DNA from: Eledone cirrhosa
Lineage: Eukaryota
Reading direction: 5' to 3'
Length of the DNA: 64,000 nt
Assembly: GCA_964016885.1 (NCBI GenBank)
Contig: CAXHJY010000510.1
Coordinates: 1 to 64,000, forward strand
Shown: positions 41,441 to 52,899 of the stretch, piece by piece
Position numbering within the stretch: the first letter of the stretch is position 1
Layout: each line of letters starts with the position of its first letter
Notes under the pieces: generated by a model
Database searches by the model: none
What the model was told of the DNA's origin: nothing
The model's input: the letters and a program-made list of their open reading frames with translations, nothing else
Made by a program: the position numbers and the translations under genes

Positions 41441-41927
41441 TTGTATAAATATTTCGTATCTCCAAAGAAATACGGTTTTAGGAAGCCGTAGCTATGCAAA
41501 CACCGGGGGGGGGGGGGGCTAACGCCCTCTGGTGCTGTCCAGCAGAAGCAGGGGGGACAACCGTCTATGCATTTCAGGCTTAACTGGCCATCGACAGGAC
41601 GGTCCCTCCCACCGCTTGCGACTGCTGGACTAGAAGACAGGCGAGAATATATACATTTCTCGTCTGTTGCATATGAAGCTGCATAAGTTGGCTCAACTTA
41701 TAATAAAAAAAAGAAATAGGATTTCGCTTCAAGCATAGCTTTATACAATTTGTATAAATATTTCGTATCTCCAAAGAAATACGGTTTTTGAAAGCCGTAG
41801 CTATGCAAACACCGGGGGACTAACGCCCTCTGGTGCTGTCCAGCAAGGGGGACAACCGTCTATGCATTTCAGGCTTAACTGGCCATCGTCAAGTCGGTCC
41901 CTCCCACCGCTTGCGACTGCTGGACTA
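41441..41927 (-). mobile_element. Partial tandem (~300-bp unit, ~1.6 copies) with one hammerhead motif per unit; retrozyme-like
   Basis: 41441-41632 is repeated at 41750-41927. Hammerheads at 41560-41603 and 41855-41898, consensus ACCGTC-CTGACGA-TGGCCAGTTAAGCCT-GAAA-TGCAT-A-GACGGT. Each copy has one core substitution. Confidence 0.75.
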
Positions 41928-41951
41928 TATATATATATATATAAATATATA

Positions 41952-42094
41952 TAGAAGTGGTTACACAACAGTTAGTTCGCCATACCGAGAACAATTGTTT
42001 CACCTTAGCGGATCCTCTGCTCAAATGTGAGGATCCGCTAAGGTGAAACAATTGTTCTCGGTATGGTGAACTAACTGTTGTGTAAACACTTCTA
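41952..42094. repeat. Fold-back palindrome (66-bp arms, 11-nt loop) with half hammerhead
   Basis: 41952-42017 versus 42029-42094. The arm contains GAAAC-AATT-GTT-C at 42045-42057. Confidence 0.88.
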
Positions 42095-42177
42095 CCTAAC
42101 TCGTCCCATGAACTGAGTGCTCTACCACTACGGATATTACCTTCCAGTGTTCTACCACTATATATATATATATATAT

Positions 42178-42758
42178 TGAATTTCCAATCTTTTGATAAG
42201 CGAAACCGTCGGTCATGGCATTAGAAGAGGTAAATATTTAAATCGCATTTTAATTTATTTAAAAGATTGTTTAATGTTTACTTGTTCCGCTCATATTTAC
42301 AGTTCTAGTATCTCAAATTAGTACCATAGAACAACCACTATTATAGACACCATATATATTTCCGTGGGTACTTAATACCTACTGGAATATCTATATCATT
42401 TATCTGAATTCTCCTTAATATAGAGAAAAAATGTTGTATCATGCTGCTATTTCTAGTAACATGAAATATCAACGAGTCTATAATTCCCGCTTTTTGTAAC
42501 GGCCCATTTGTGTGGGGGTCATTTTAACGGCTTGATTCATTCACCGGGCAGAAAGCCATACATCTACATCTACGTGGATTTATGTCTAGTAGGTTTGGAA
42601 AAGTTATCTGAAGAGCTATGTCTTTCCATTGGAAATTCTCTGAATTTCCAATCTTTTGATAAGCGAAACCGTAGGTCATGGCACTAGAAGAGGTAAATAT
42701 TTAAATCGTATTTTAATTTATTTAAAAGATTGTTTAACGTTTACTTGTTCCGCTCATA
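42178..42758 (+). mobile_element. Partial tandem (463-bp unit) carrying a hammerhead; retrozyme/PLE pLTR-like
   Basis: 42178-42296 is repeated from 42641; flanked by (TA)n. Confidence 0.72.
42603..42682 (+). ncRNA. Type I hammerhead ribozyme motif
   Basis: GTTAT-CTGAAGA-GC..TTGGAAATTC-TCT-GAATTTCCAA..GC-GAAA-CC-GTA-GGT-C-ATGGC. Canonical G-C at the base of stem II and a GUC triplet. Confidence 0.8.
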
Positions 42759-42967
42759 TATATATATATATATATATATATTTGGTCGTTTTAACTGCTA
42801 CTATTTCTAGTGGCAGTATATTGACCTTTCCGCCTCTGCCTTCTATCTTTGCACACGGCACTGGACAGAATTGCTTCTATATCATTCACTCTCATCTCGG
42901 GAACAATTTTGAATAGCACCAGTTCGTAATTTGAACTCGGGAATTTTATATTCTCCGAGTGAAAAGA

Positions 42968-43039
42968 ACCCTCTGACGAGAGTCTTCCTTTTCAATGGAT
43001 TATCCATTTATTTTGAGACTTGAAACCGTACGGTAGGGT
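42968..43039 (+). ncRNA. Hammerhead-like motif (possibly one base lost at the cleavage site)
   Basis: ACCCT-CTGACGA-GAGTCT..AGACTT-GAAA-CCGTACGGT-AGGGT; palindromic stem III. Confidence 0.62.
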
Positions 43040-44058
43040 AATTACAGCAGGTACAGTGAACTTTTTAAAATTTATTTTAAAACTTTTTCTTATTTGCTAA
43101 ACCTTGATTATATATATATATATATAGTTTTGCGAGGTTTTTTATATGAAATCGTGTGTCGAAACAAATATTGTTATACTTGGGAGGGTCATATTTGTGT
43201 AATAATATTGCCAGAATTAATAACAGAACACACTCACTATTTGGTTGGTTTTCGCTTCTGTGTCTTTTATATCGGTTAAATTAATTTATTCGGTCCTCAA
43301 TGTTTACCATTGACTGACCAACGGTCAAAAATACAGATACAATATAGACACAAACACATATATATAGTCTAACAAAGTTCTTTCGTTGCACATCTGCAAC
43401 ATTGTCAGTGGTGCTATTATGTTTCCTCCCGTTGTATTGTATGCTTACGCCATCTTTATTTAGTCTGTTTATTTATTTATTTATTTGTTTATTTTTTGTC
43501 TTCTCTGTGCATGCGTTTGCGTGTGTGTATAGTGTTTTGTTTGATGTGTGTTCGTGTTTGGGTGACTGTGTATTGGTTATCGTATTCTATCTTAGTTTAT
43601 TAGTGTGTGTTTATATGTGTTTGTTGTTATTGTGCTTGTGTATGTATTTATTTATTTATTTATTTATTTATACTTCTCTTAGGTCAGTGTTGTTTGTTTG
43701 GGTGTTGTTATTCCATTCATTTTTTTATGTTTAGCCTTGGCCTTCTAAGTTCTATTTCGCTGGCCTCTCTGATTTGCCTATCTGCTGGGTCATTTCAAAT
43801 CTACATGACATACCCTATTGCGTCACTACAGTCGTAGTGACGCAATAGTGACATAGGATATGTCATGTACATTTTACACCCATTTTACACAAGAACCTAT
43901 GGACCAATGGAGGGCACTGACACAGCGAGACACGGCGAGTCTATATTTAGTATACATAAACATTATATAAATCGTTATTCTGAAGTATGCTTATGTGATT
44001 ATTGCATGCGTAGATGTGTAGTTTGAGTTAAACACATACTTGCACCTACTAACACATC

Positions 44059-44105
<47 letters not shown>

Positions 44106-44625
44106 ACAGTCCTATATACTCACAATCCCACAGACACAAACATAGACACATTATGCGTGTGTGTGTGTGTATGTATGTATGTGATAGTTTGTGTATGCGT
44201 ATAAGTGGGTGTGAGTGAGCCTGTCCTTTCGTGTATGTGTATACGTGGTTATGTGTGCGAACGTGTGTATGCTTGCATGCACTTGTATACACACATAGGC
44301 CTGTATATATATATATATATATATAACACTCAATGCTATAGCAGAGTGTATTAGGTTTCACATTCAAGTTTTTATTGAATTTGTTAATCAGGCAAAACCA
44401 AAATCTCATCTGGAAGAAGATTGGGACTGAAGTCGGGTCTACAACATTGATATCGATCCTGAGTCACCCACCTGTGAAATGTTTGTAACTGAGCAAAATC
44501 AATAAAAACCTGAATGAAACCTCATTTTGTTTTTAATATATATATACTCTGCTAAGAGTATATATATATATAAGATCCCGTTAAGGGTGAAAGCAACGTT
44601 TCTTTGCTTAAACTTTAATCTGTTA

Positions 44626-44668
<43 letters not shown>

Positions 44669-44864
44669 TCATTTAATTTATTAATTTATTAATTTATTAA
44701 TTTTTTCGGCTGTGCGAATGATTTTAGCCATCGTCTCTATGTGTTGGTACTTTAACGATAGTTATAGCTCTGGTTCTTCCAAACTATTGAGCCCTCTGCC
44801 ACACATGTCGAAGATTGTTTATCGTTATTTCGTGGGCCGAGATTCTGATTCTCGATTATTTACT

Positions 44865-44915
<51 letters not shown>

Positions 44916-44941
44916 AATGTAATCTGAGTTTTTCTAATATT

Positions 44942-45128
44942 AATAATTGTTTCTACTTTAGGCACAAGGGGCCAGCAATTATCCCAGTGCATTACTGGTA
45001 CTTTATTTTATTGACCCCCGTAAGGATGAAAGGCAAAGTTAACCTCGGCGGGATTTGAACTCAGACCGTAAAGGGACGTAACTATGCTAGAAAGCCTGGC
45101 GTCCGACCCTCTACAGATACTGCCAATT
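44942..45128 (-). mobile_element. tRNA-derived SINE, ~190 bp (most abundant family). Other copies or fragments at ~47885-47995, 48005-48185, 49705-49883, 50402-50581, 52505-52655, 52664-52825, 52838-52896, 53630-53725, 54898-55088, 55100-55287, 55676-55755, 56228-56412
   Basis: A-box-like TGGCAGTATCGG, B-box GAGTTCAAATCC, conserved body TTTGCCTTTCATCCTTACGGGGTCGATAAAATAAAGTACCAG and tail GTGCCTAAAGTAGAAACAATTATT, repeated about 13 times in the window. Confidence 0.88.
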
Positions 45129-45653
45129 ATGCAAACAAGCCATGTCAGTAGACTGAGCCCCTCATTCTTGCTCTTGTGTTGGCATGTAATAAAATGAGGC
45201 TTGTTTGCATAATTGCAAACGAATCGAATATTATTATTAATATTCGAAAAACTCAGATTATATTTATTATATTCAGCCATGTAGAGCGAAAAAATGTTTA
45301 TATATATATATATATAATGAAAAATTGAACAGGGACAGAACAGAGAGGCAGTACGATAAATGTTTATTAAATTCACGCTCAGGAGAGTGGGGAGTAGGTG
45401 GGGGACGACGTTTCGGGCATAAGCCCTTCTTAGGTAATGCGTGGAAGGAAAGACAAAGTGTGGGAAGGTGTGTAAAGTTCGAAGAAAGGTCACGGCGGAT
45501 TAGATCGGGGTTGAGCCGGTTGTTAAGTTAAGTATTTATCTTGACTCTGTTTTCCTATGATTTTCATCGAAAAATTTTTTAATGCATCTTCTCTTTTCAT
45601 GATATTTAGATTACATTGAGTTCTTCGTATTGGACACTACCGTATATTTTGGT

Positions 45654-45723
<70 letters not shown>

Positions 45724-46101
45724 ATATATATATATATAAGATCAAAAGATGGTTAAAAGAGTTCCATGTATTTTATTATAACCATCTTTTGATCTTATAT
45801 ATTATTATTTATACTCAAGTCCTACAAACTGTAGAGTGCTACTTATCCGATATCTGCATTGCTTTATTGTACTACAATAAAACTCACCTCCTACATATAT
45901 ATATATATATATATATATAGTAATAATAATAAATTTGAAGACTAAAATCCAAAGAGGGCTCGATAAGGATAAATATATATCAAATATATAAGAACCGTAG
46001 AGCAAATATTTATTAAAATAACAGATTAAAGTTTAAGCAAAGAATCGCTGCTTTCACCCTTAACGGGATCTTCTTTGCTTAAACTGTAATCTGTTATTTT
46101 A

Positions 46102-46173
<72 letters not shown>

Positions 46174-46693
46174 AAACATATATAATAGTGATAATAATAT
46201 TATTATTATTATTAAGTTGTGTATTGAAACTTTACCAAAAGGTTAGAATCTCAATGTAATCGGGTTCACGCAGAGCTGTTATTTACTATCTATAAAAGAA
46301 AAACACAAAATAATCAATGCATCTTCAAACTAACATGTTTCAGCCAGCTTAAACGTCGTCCCGGGGGTCATAGTTACAGTTTTTTTTTAAAAACTAAAAT
46401 ATTTTAAATTTTAAAATAAAATAAAAAATTAATTTACTAAAAGGACCTTCATAAATTATTTAGAAAGTACAACTTAAGCATAACTATAGACAAGAACACT
46501 AGTATGGTAAATGTCCTAGATCTTACGACAGCAACCTACAGACTTTACCATAAACCGGGACAACACATTTGTTATATAGATACGAAAGCAAACCACCCAA
46601 GATCGACTCTTAACTGTTAAGGACTTATCCAATAGAATTAGTAGAGGTTTAATATGCCCAACAAAACAATCTATATAGTACTAAAACTCTGAT

Positions 46694-46754
<61 letters not shown>

Positions 46755-46796
46755 ACACACTTTCTCTCTCTATATATATGTTCATATTTGTGTATA

Positions 46797-47094
46797 TACA
46801 GGTTGTCCCCCCCAAAAAAAATGTATACCCACTTTGATTGCCTATACATGCATTATTTGTTAGGATGGTGTATACATTTTTAGGGACCCCGGTATTATTA
46901 TATATATAGTGTCCCCGAAAAATGTATACACACTTTGATTACCTGTACAGGCAATATATATATTAGAATGGTGTATACATTTTTCAGGACCCAGGTATAT
47001 ATATATATGGTGTCCCCGAAAAATGTATACACACTTTGATTACCTGTACAGGCAATATATATATTAGAATGATGTATACATTTTTAGGGACCCT

Positions 47095-47179
<85 letters not shown>

Positions 47180-47322
47180 TGTCCCCGAAAAATGTATACA
47201 CACTTTGATTACCTGTACAGGCAATATATATATTAGAATGGTGTATACATTTTTAGGGACACCGGTATATATATATATATATATATGGTGTCCCGGGAAA
47301 ATGTATACACTTTGATTACCTG
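46797..47322. repeat. Array of ~4.5 small (~90-bp) TIR units separated by (TA)n (Tc1/MITE-like)
   Basis: Each unit reads GGTGTCCCCGAAAAATGTATACAC...GTGTATACATTTTTAGGGACACC. Confidence 0.8.
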
Positions 47323-47365
47323 TACTAGACTACTCGTGACCCGTTGGGTCACGAGTAGTCTAGTA
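47323..47365. repeat. Perfect 20-bp-arm hairpin ending in CTAGT on both strands
   Basis: TACTAGACTACTCGTGACCC-GTT-GGGTCACGAGTAGTCTAGTA. Confidence 0.92.
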
Positions 47366-48980
47366 TCTTATAATATGGTGATGAAAGGACGTAAACCAAA
47401 ACAAAATTATTCCAACTCCAACAATCAAATGTTAAACGGTAATATACAACCTAATGCTACCAAATTAAAACTCTATAAGAAGCCATCCGATAACAGCACG
47501 GTAACTAAACACACAGAAATCATAGGAAACCTACCTCGAGTAGCCATCACCCATTAAAGCATTAATAATAGGAGTCCAGGTGAATACGTTAAACAGAAGA
47601 ACCTAATAAACCCAACCAAAAAATAGGACTAATAGTAAAAATATTTTTTAATCCTCTGTTCAATTTGGATGTTTCAACAAATATCTCCAGAATGTTCTTT
47701 CTGTTAGATAGAATTTCCCACCTGGACATAAATATCATTAGACTAATTAACAAGAATACCATAAAACTATCTAATTAGCCTAATAAAGACTAATATAGCC
47801 ACATTTAACAAGAAAAATAATGAAAAAGATGCCCCACACTGAATAATCTTGTGACACAGGTGGAGGACACGTCTCATTATTATAATCCCGCCGAGGTTAA
47901 CTTTGCCTTTCATCCTTACGGGGTCGATAAAATAAAGTACCAGTAATACACTGGGTAATTGCTGGCCTTGTGCCTAACGTAGAAACAATTATTATAATAA
48001 CTGTCGGGGTGGATTGGCAGTATCGGTAGAGGGTCGGATACCATGCTTTGCAGCAAAGAGTTACGGTCCTTTATGGTCTGAGTTCAAATCCCGCCTTTCA
48101 TCCTTAAGGGGTCGATAAAATAAAGTACCAATAATACACTGGGATAATTGCTGGCCTTGTGCCAAAAGTAGAAACAATTATTATAATAACCGTCCAACAT
48201 ATATTAACATATATTACTGAGTCTATCTACATAGACACCAGACTAAACGAAATTAACTCCCTTCACACCACGAATACGCAAACGAATTCTAATAATATAC
48301 ACAGGAGAAAAACCCTACAAAATAGTATAAATGATAATCCAATAAGCAACATCTCTAATAGAAATTTTAATAGAAACTTATCTGATAGCAACCAACCTAG
48401 ATGTAGTTCCTATAACCTTAACAGTAATAGTAGGAATAAGGCAGATTGGCCACTTAATAATAGATGCTTAACTAAAAACATTGTATATGTCTAGTAAGTA
48501 CGCATAATACATCCAAACTATATATAGAGGCCACAGCCAATAATTTAAAAAACAAAAAAGGTTCTATGCCCATAATATTACACCAAATGCTCCACTCAAA
48601 ATTCTTTCAAGTATGAAATACCACACCATAATGGTCTTTTTCAAACACGATTACGGTTGAGTGCTCATGCTTTTATTCCATGACGCAAATGCTCACACGG
48701 AACAAACTTTTTCAATGGTGCCCTCAATTTGGAATACTGTAAAAGATATACAAAATATATTTATATGTACTTTTCCTGATAAAGAATAAACAAAAACTGC
48801 ATACTCAAATTCTGTATTTTTTTTTATTATGTTGGATTTTTGGTTTGGACAAAGATCTGGGAGAAGCCATCTGCAAGTTGACTGTCTAAACAGGGCTACA
48901 AATATGTAACAACTTCTCAGAGGACTGTCTGACCATGTACAAAAGATTGGTCGAAAAAAGAAACTCCTGGAGATGGCATA

Positions 48981-49075
48981 TACAGTGGAGCCTCGGCTCA
49001 CGAAATTAATTCGTTCCTGAAGTCTCGTCATCCGAAATGTTTGTAAACCGAAACTATTTTCCTATACGAAATGCT
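48981..49075 (+). mobile_element. pogo/Tigger-like terminal fragment
   Basis: TA-CAGTGGAGCCTCGGCTCACGAAATTAATTCGTTCC resembles Tigger-type TIRs; no partner end found. Confidence 0.45.
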
Positions 49076-49150
49076 GAGAGTTAAGGGCCGATACACTCGC
49101 TTGAGAGGCAGGGATTCTACTCTTAAGACCTTCTGCTGTCCATATGTGCT

Positions 49151-49260
49151 ATGCAGATTGGAGGAAATAGAGCAGTGGAAATTGATGAATCCAAATTCCT
49201 TCTCCCAAAATACCACCGTGGTTCCTATCGAGGGGGTCACTGGATTTTAGGAATGGTGGG
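49151..49260 (+). mobile_element. Merlin/IS1595-like DDE transposase fragment
   Basis: QIGGNRAVEIDESKFLLPKYHRGSYRGGHWILGM matches the Merlin pattern VEIDES.F..KY.RG....WV.G. Confidence 0.75.
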
Positions 49261-49530
49261 ATGGCATGGCCTAATTATTAGGACTTACGATCATAATGCC
49301 GTTAGTTCGATTCGTGGACAGGGTGATGTGTTAAGCTTTTGAGCAAAACTCTTTATCTCACGTTGTTCCAGTACACTCAGCTGAAAGTAAGTGCCAACTG
49401 AAGCTGGGGAGTTATACCTGTAATAGACCAGCCTCCTGTCCAGGGAGAGTCTTGTACACTCAATCGCTTAACGCCAAGAAAACTATGGAAAGTATCGGCT
49501 TGCTGAGCCTTTGGCTTGGAACAGATGAAG
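49261..49530 (+). mobile_element. Second tRNA-derived SINE family (CORE-like body); other copies at 50887-51004 and 63950-64000
   Basis: A-box TGGCCTAGTGG/TGGCTGAGTGG, B-box GAGTTCG.TTCC and body TGTCCTTGAGCAAGACACTTTATTTCACGTTG. Confidence 0.7.
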
Positions 49531-50591
49531 AGAACGGCACAGCCTTAGATGTGTTCTTGAGCCTGTCTCAGATTGAAGTGTTTTTACTTCATTGTTCATA
49601 ATTCAGCACGTGTTGCCAGGCACTAATTTGTTGGCGCGCTTAACAATTACCAAATTAGACATTATGAATCTATCTTAATTTTATTAATATTGAATATAAA
49701 AAAGGGGCGGTGGATTGGCAGTATCGGTAGAGGGTCTGACGCACAGAGTTACGGCCTTTGCCATTCTGAGTTCAAATCCTGCCCAGGTTAACTTTGCCTT
49801 TCATCCTTATGGGGTCGATAAAATAAAGTACCAGTTATGCACTGGGTAATTGCTGGTCTTGAGCCAAAAGTAGAAACAATTAATATTGAGTATAATACTT
49901 TTCTTTCATATTTTAAACATTAACAAATCTACCATTTGAGCTTAACATATAGCAATATCAATTTCTTATTCCACTTCTACAATACCCCAAAAGAAAGATC
50001 ACCTCACTTTTATTTTATTGTCTACCGAACATAAATGTTATATATATACTATGTGAAAAATAAGAAATTATAGATTAAAATATAGAGTTGATAATATTCC
50101 GGATTATTAACTATATAATTACAGTATATATTTCTATAAGTTTCTACTGTTATTGTTCAGAATGAAATTTGTTGACGATAAACTCGTCTACCCGCGCCTA
50201 ATCTTAACTATAGATGGGAGTCGAGCCAGGAAGAACCCCTACTTTCAACGGTAGCTTGATCTGCTACAAATATCAGTCAAATTCCCTGCATATTCCATTA
50301 TACGAGCGTTAAATGGCCGGCTTTGCCAAATTCAAAGAAAAAAGAAAATTTCGCTCTACATGGCTGAATACAATAAATGTAATCTGAGTTTTTCGAATAT
50401 TAATAATTGTTTCTACTTTAGGCACAAGGCCAGCAATTACCAGTACATTACTGGTACTTTATTTTATCGACCCCGTAAGGATGAAAGGCTAAGTCAACCT
50501 TGGCGGGATTTGAACTCAGATCGTAAAGGGACGTAACTATGCTGGAAAGCATGGCGTCCGACCCTCTACCGATACTGCCAAACATTCGATT

Positions 50592-50856
50592 CGTTTGCAA
50601 TTTTGCAAACCAGCCTCAATTTTATAGCCATGTCAGTAGAATGAACACTTCATTCTTGCTCTTGTGTTGGCATGCGAACAGAACTAGCTCTGACAGTTGG
50701 GCAGGTGAACTGTGAGCTGTACTGATGAAGGGTGGTACCCAGAAACATTAGTGTCTGCAGTTCTGTTCGCATGCCAACACAAGAGCAAGAATGAAGGGTT
50801 CATTCTACTGACATGGTTATAAAATGTTTTGAGGTTGTTTGCAAAATTGCAAACAA
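50592..50856. repeat. Inverted repeat (~95-bp arms) enclosing a hammerhead; related fragment at 45130-45300
   Basis: 50592-50684 versus 50759-50856. Confidence 0.85.
50716..50761 (+). ncRNA. Type I hammerhead ribozyme motif
   Basis: GCTGTA-CTGATGA-A-GGGT-GGT-ACCC-A-GAAA-CA-TTAG-TGT-C-TGCAGT; GUC triplet at 50753-50755. Confidence 0.78.
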
Positions 50857-51409
50857 ATTTTTTTTTTTTAGTATATGCTGGTTGTGAAGGCGTGTGGCTG
50901 AGTGGTTAGAGAATTGGAATCACAATCGTAAGGTTGTGAGTTCGTTTCCCGGACCGGGTAATCCGTTATGTCCTTGAGCAAGACACTTTATTTCACGTTG
51001 CTCCTTCTACCTGGAGTTGCGACCGATAAATAGTATTAGCAACTGGAAAGACCAACGGAAACATTGTTTCCTCGGTCCGATTTGACGAAAGTCGATCGAT
51101 ATATATATATATATATTAAGACAGGGGGGGAAGAAAAATGGCTTCACTTGTGCTTTCAACAAATTTATTTTCTTCACAAAATCCAAAAAGAATTTTTCTT
51201 AAAAAAAATTATTTTATAAATTAAGTTGTTGGTTGTTTGTTAGGTCTTATGAGTTAACGTAGGAGGTATTGTTTCGTTTTTAGAAAGACCTTTCACGCTG
51301 AGGTGCGCTTGTCAAACGCATAGAGCTTAACTAGCTACCGTCACATATTTGGTAAGTCAGACATGATCATCGCGATTCACATACGACCTACCATACATCT
51401 TACTTATAT

Positions 51410-51466
<57 letters not shown>

Positions 51467-51651
51467 CGAAGGAAATGTAGTAAGGAACCAGGTGGACCAT
51501 AACGCACCAAAGTACTCAATACTTAGGGTAGTAGAGTGGGTAATAGGAACGAGTAGGACCCCGACGGCTGAGCTCAAGCTAATTCTGAAAGGCACAGTCC
51601 AGAATTAGCCGTCGAAACGGCTTGAGCTCAGCCGTCGGGGTCCTACTCGTT

Positions 51652-51698
<47 letters not shown>

Positions 51699-51851
51699 AA
51701 AATAACAGATTAAAGTTTAAGCAAAGAATCGCTGCTTTCACTCTTAACAGGATCTTCTGAAATATTGGCTTCACGGTCCTTATATATTTGATATATATTT
51801 ATCCTTATCGAGCCCTCTTTGGATTTTAGTCTTCAAATTTATTATTATTAC

Positions 51852-51917
<66 letters not shown>

Positions 51918-51923
<6 letters not shown>

Positions 51924-52310
51924 ATACTTGGGGAGGGTCATATTTGTGTAATATTGCCAGAATTAATAACAGAACACACTCACTGTTTGGTTGGTTTTCG
52001 CTTCTCGCTTCTGTGTCTTTTATATCGGTAATCTAACTTATTCGGTCCTCAATGTTGCCATTGACTGACCGACGGTCAAAAATAATACAGATACAATATA
52101 GACACAAACACATATATATAGTTTATCATTGAGGACCGAATAAGTTAGATTACCGATATAAAAGACACAGAAGCGAGAAGCGAAAACCAACCAAACAGTG
52201 AGTGTGTTCTGTTATTACTTCTGGCAATATTACACAAATATGACCCTCCCCAAGTATAACAATATTTGTTTCGACACACGATTTCATATAAAAAACCTCG
52301 CAAAACTAAT
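51918..52310. repeat. Inverted duplication (137-bp arms) of a dispersed repeat also present at 43126-43368
   Basis: 51918-52054 versus 52127-52263; flanked by (TA)n. Confidence 0.85.
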
Positions 52311-52899
52311 TCATCGCCGCTATATATATACTAAATACTTTCAGAACTTTCTCTAATAACTAACTGAACAAAATACCCTAACTTTATAAAGGAAATCTTT
52401 AACAACCCCTGTCACCAATGCTAGTTATAACAAATGTTTTAAATATAGACATGAATTACATTACAAATACGTAAATAACATTATAAATAAAAAGATATAT
52501 AATAATAATTGTTTCTACTTTTGGCACAAGGCCAGCTATCATCACAGTGTATTACTGGTACTTTATTTTATCGACCCCGTAAGGATGAAAGGCAAAGTTA
52601 ACCTCGGCGGGATTTTAACTCAGACCATAAAGCATAAAGGGCCGTAACTCTTTATGGTCTGAGAGGCACAAGGTCAGCAATTTGGAGGGAGGGATAAGTC
52701 GATTAAATCGACCCCAATGCGTGACTGGTACTTTATTTTATTGACACCGTAAGGGTGAAAGGCAAAGTTAACCTCGACGGGATTTGAACTCAGATCATAA
52801 CGGGCTGTAACTCTATGCTGCAAAGCATATATAATAATAATTGTTTCTACATTTGGCACAAGGCCAGCAATTACCCAGTACATTACTGGTACTTTATAA

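Larger units (their letters stand above)
46440..48600 (+). mobile_element. Degraded Penelope-like element (RT thumb to GIY-YIG) interrupted by nested repeats
   Basis: VNVLDLTTATYRLYHKPGQHICYIDTKANHP (~46507-46600); FNPLFNLDVSTNI..NKNTIKLS (~47645-47775); PLNNRCLTKNIVY..YIEAT (~48450-48535). An inverted half hammerhead lies just upstream (46330-46372). Confidence 0.72.

Noticed and set aside
45403-45440. Hammerhead on the minus strand (CTAAGAAGGGCTTATGCCCGAAACGTCGTC)
   Set aside because: The core lacks a base and stem I does not pair; at most a decayed relic, so it is not listed as a feature.
48650-48975. Possible host exon or other coding remnant
   Set aside because: No recognisable motif or splice structure by eye; would need BLASTX.
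50887-50970. tRNA gene
   Set aside because: It has A/B boxes but no full cloverleaf and continues into a SINE body; it is a SINE head.
51720-51770. Possible hammerhead in the 44570/46020/51700 repeat family (CAGAAGA..GAAA)
   Set aside because: Core mismatch and no convincing stems I or III.
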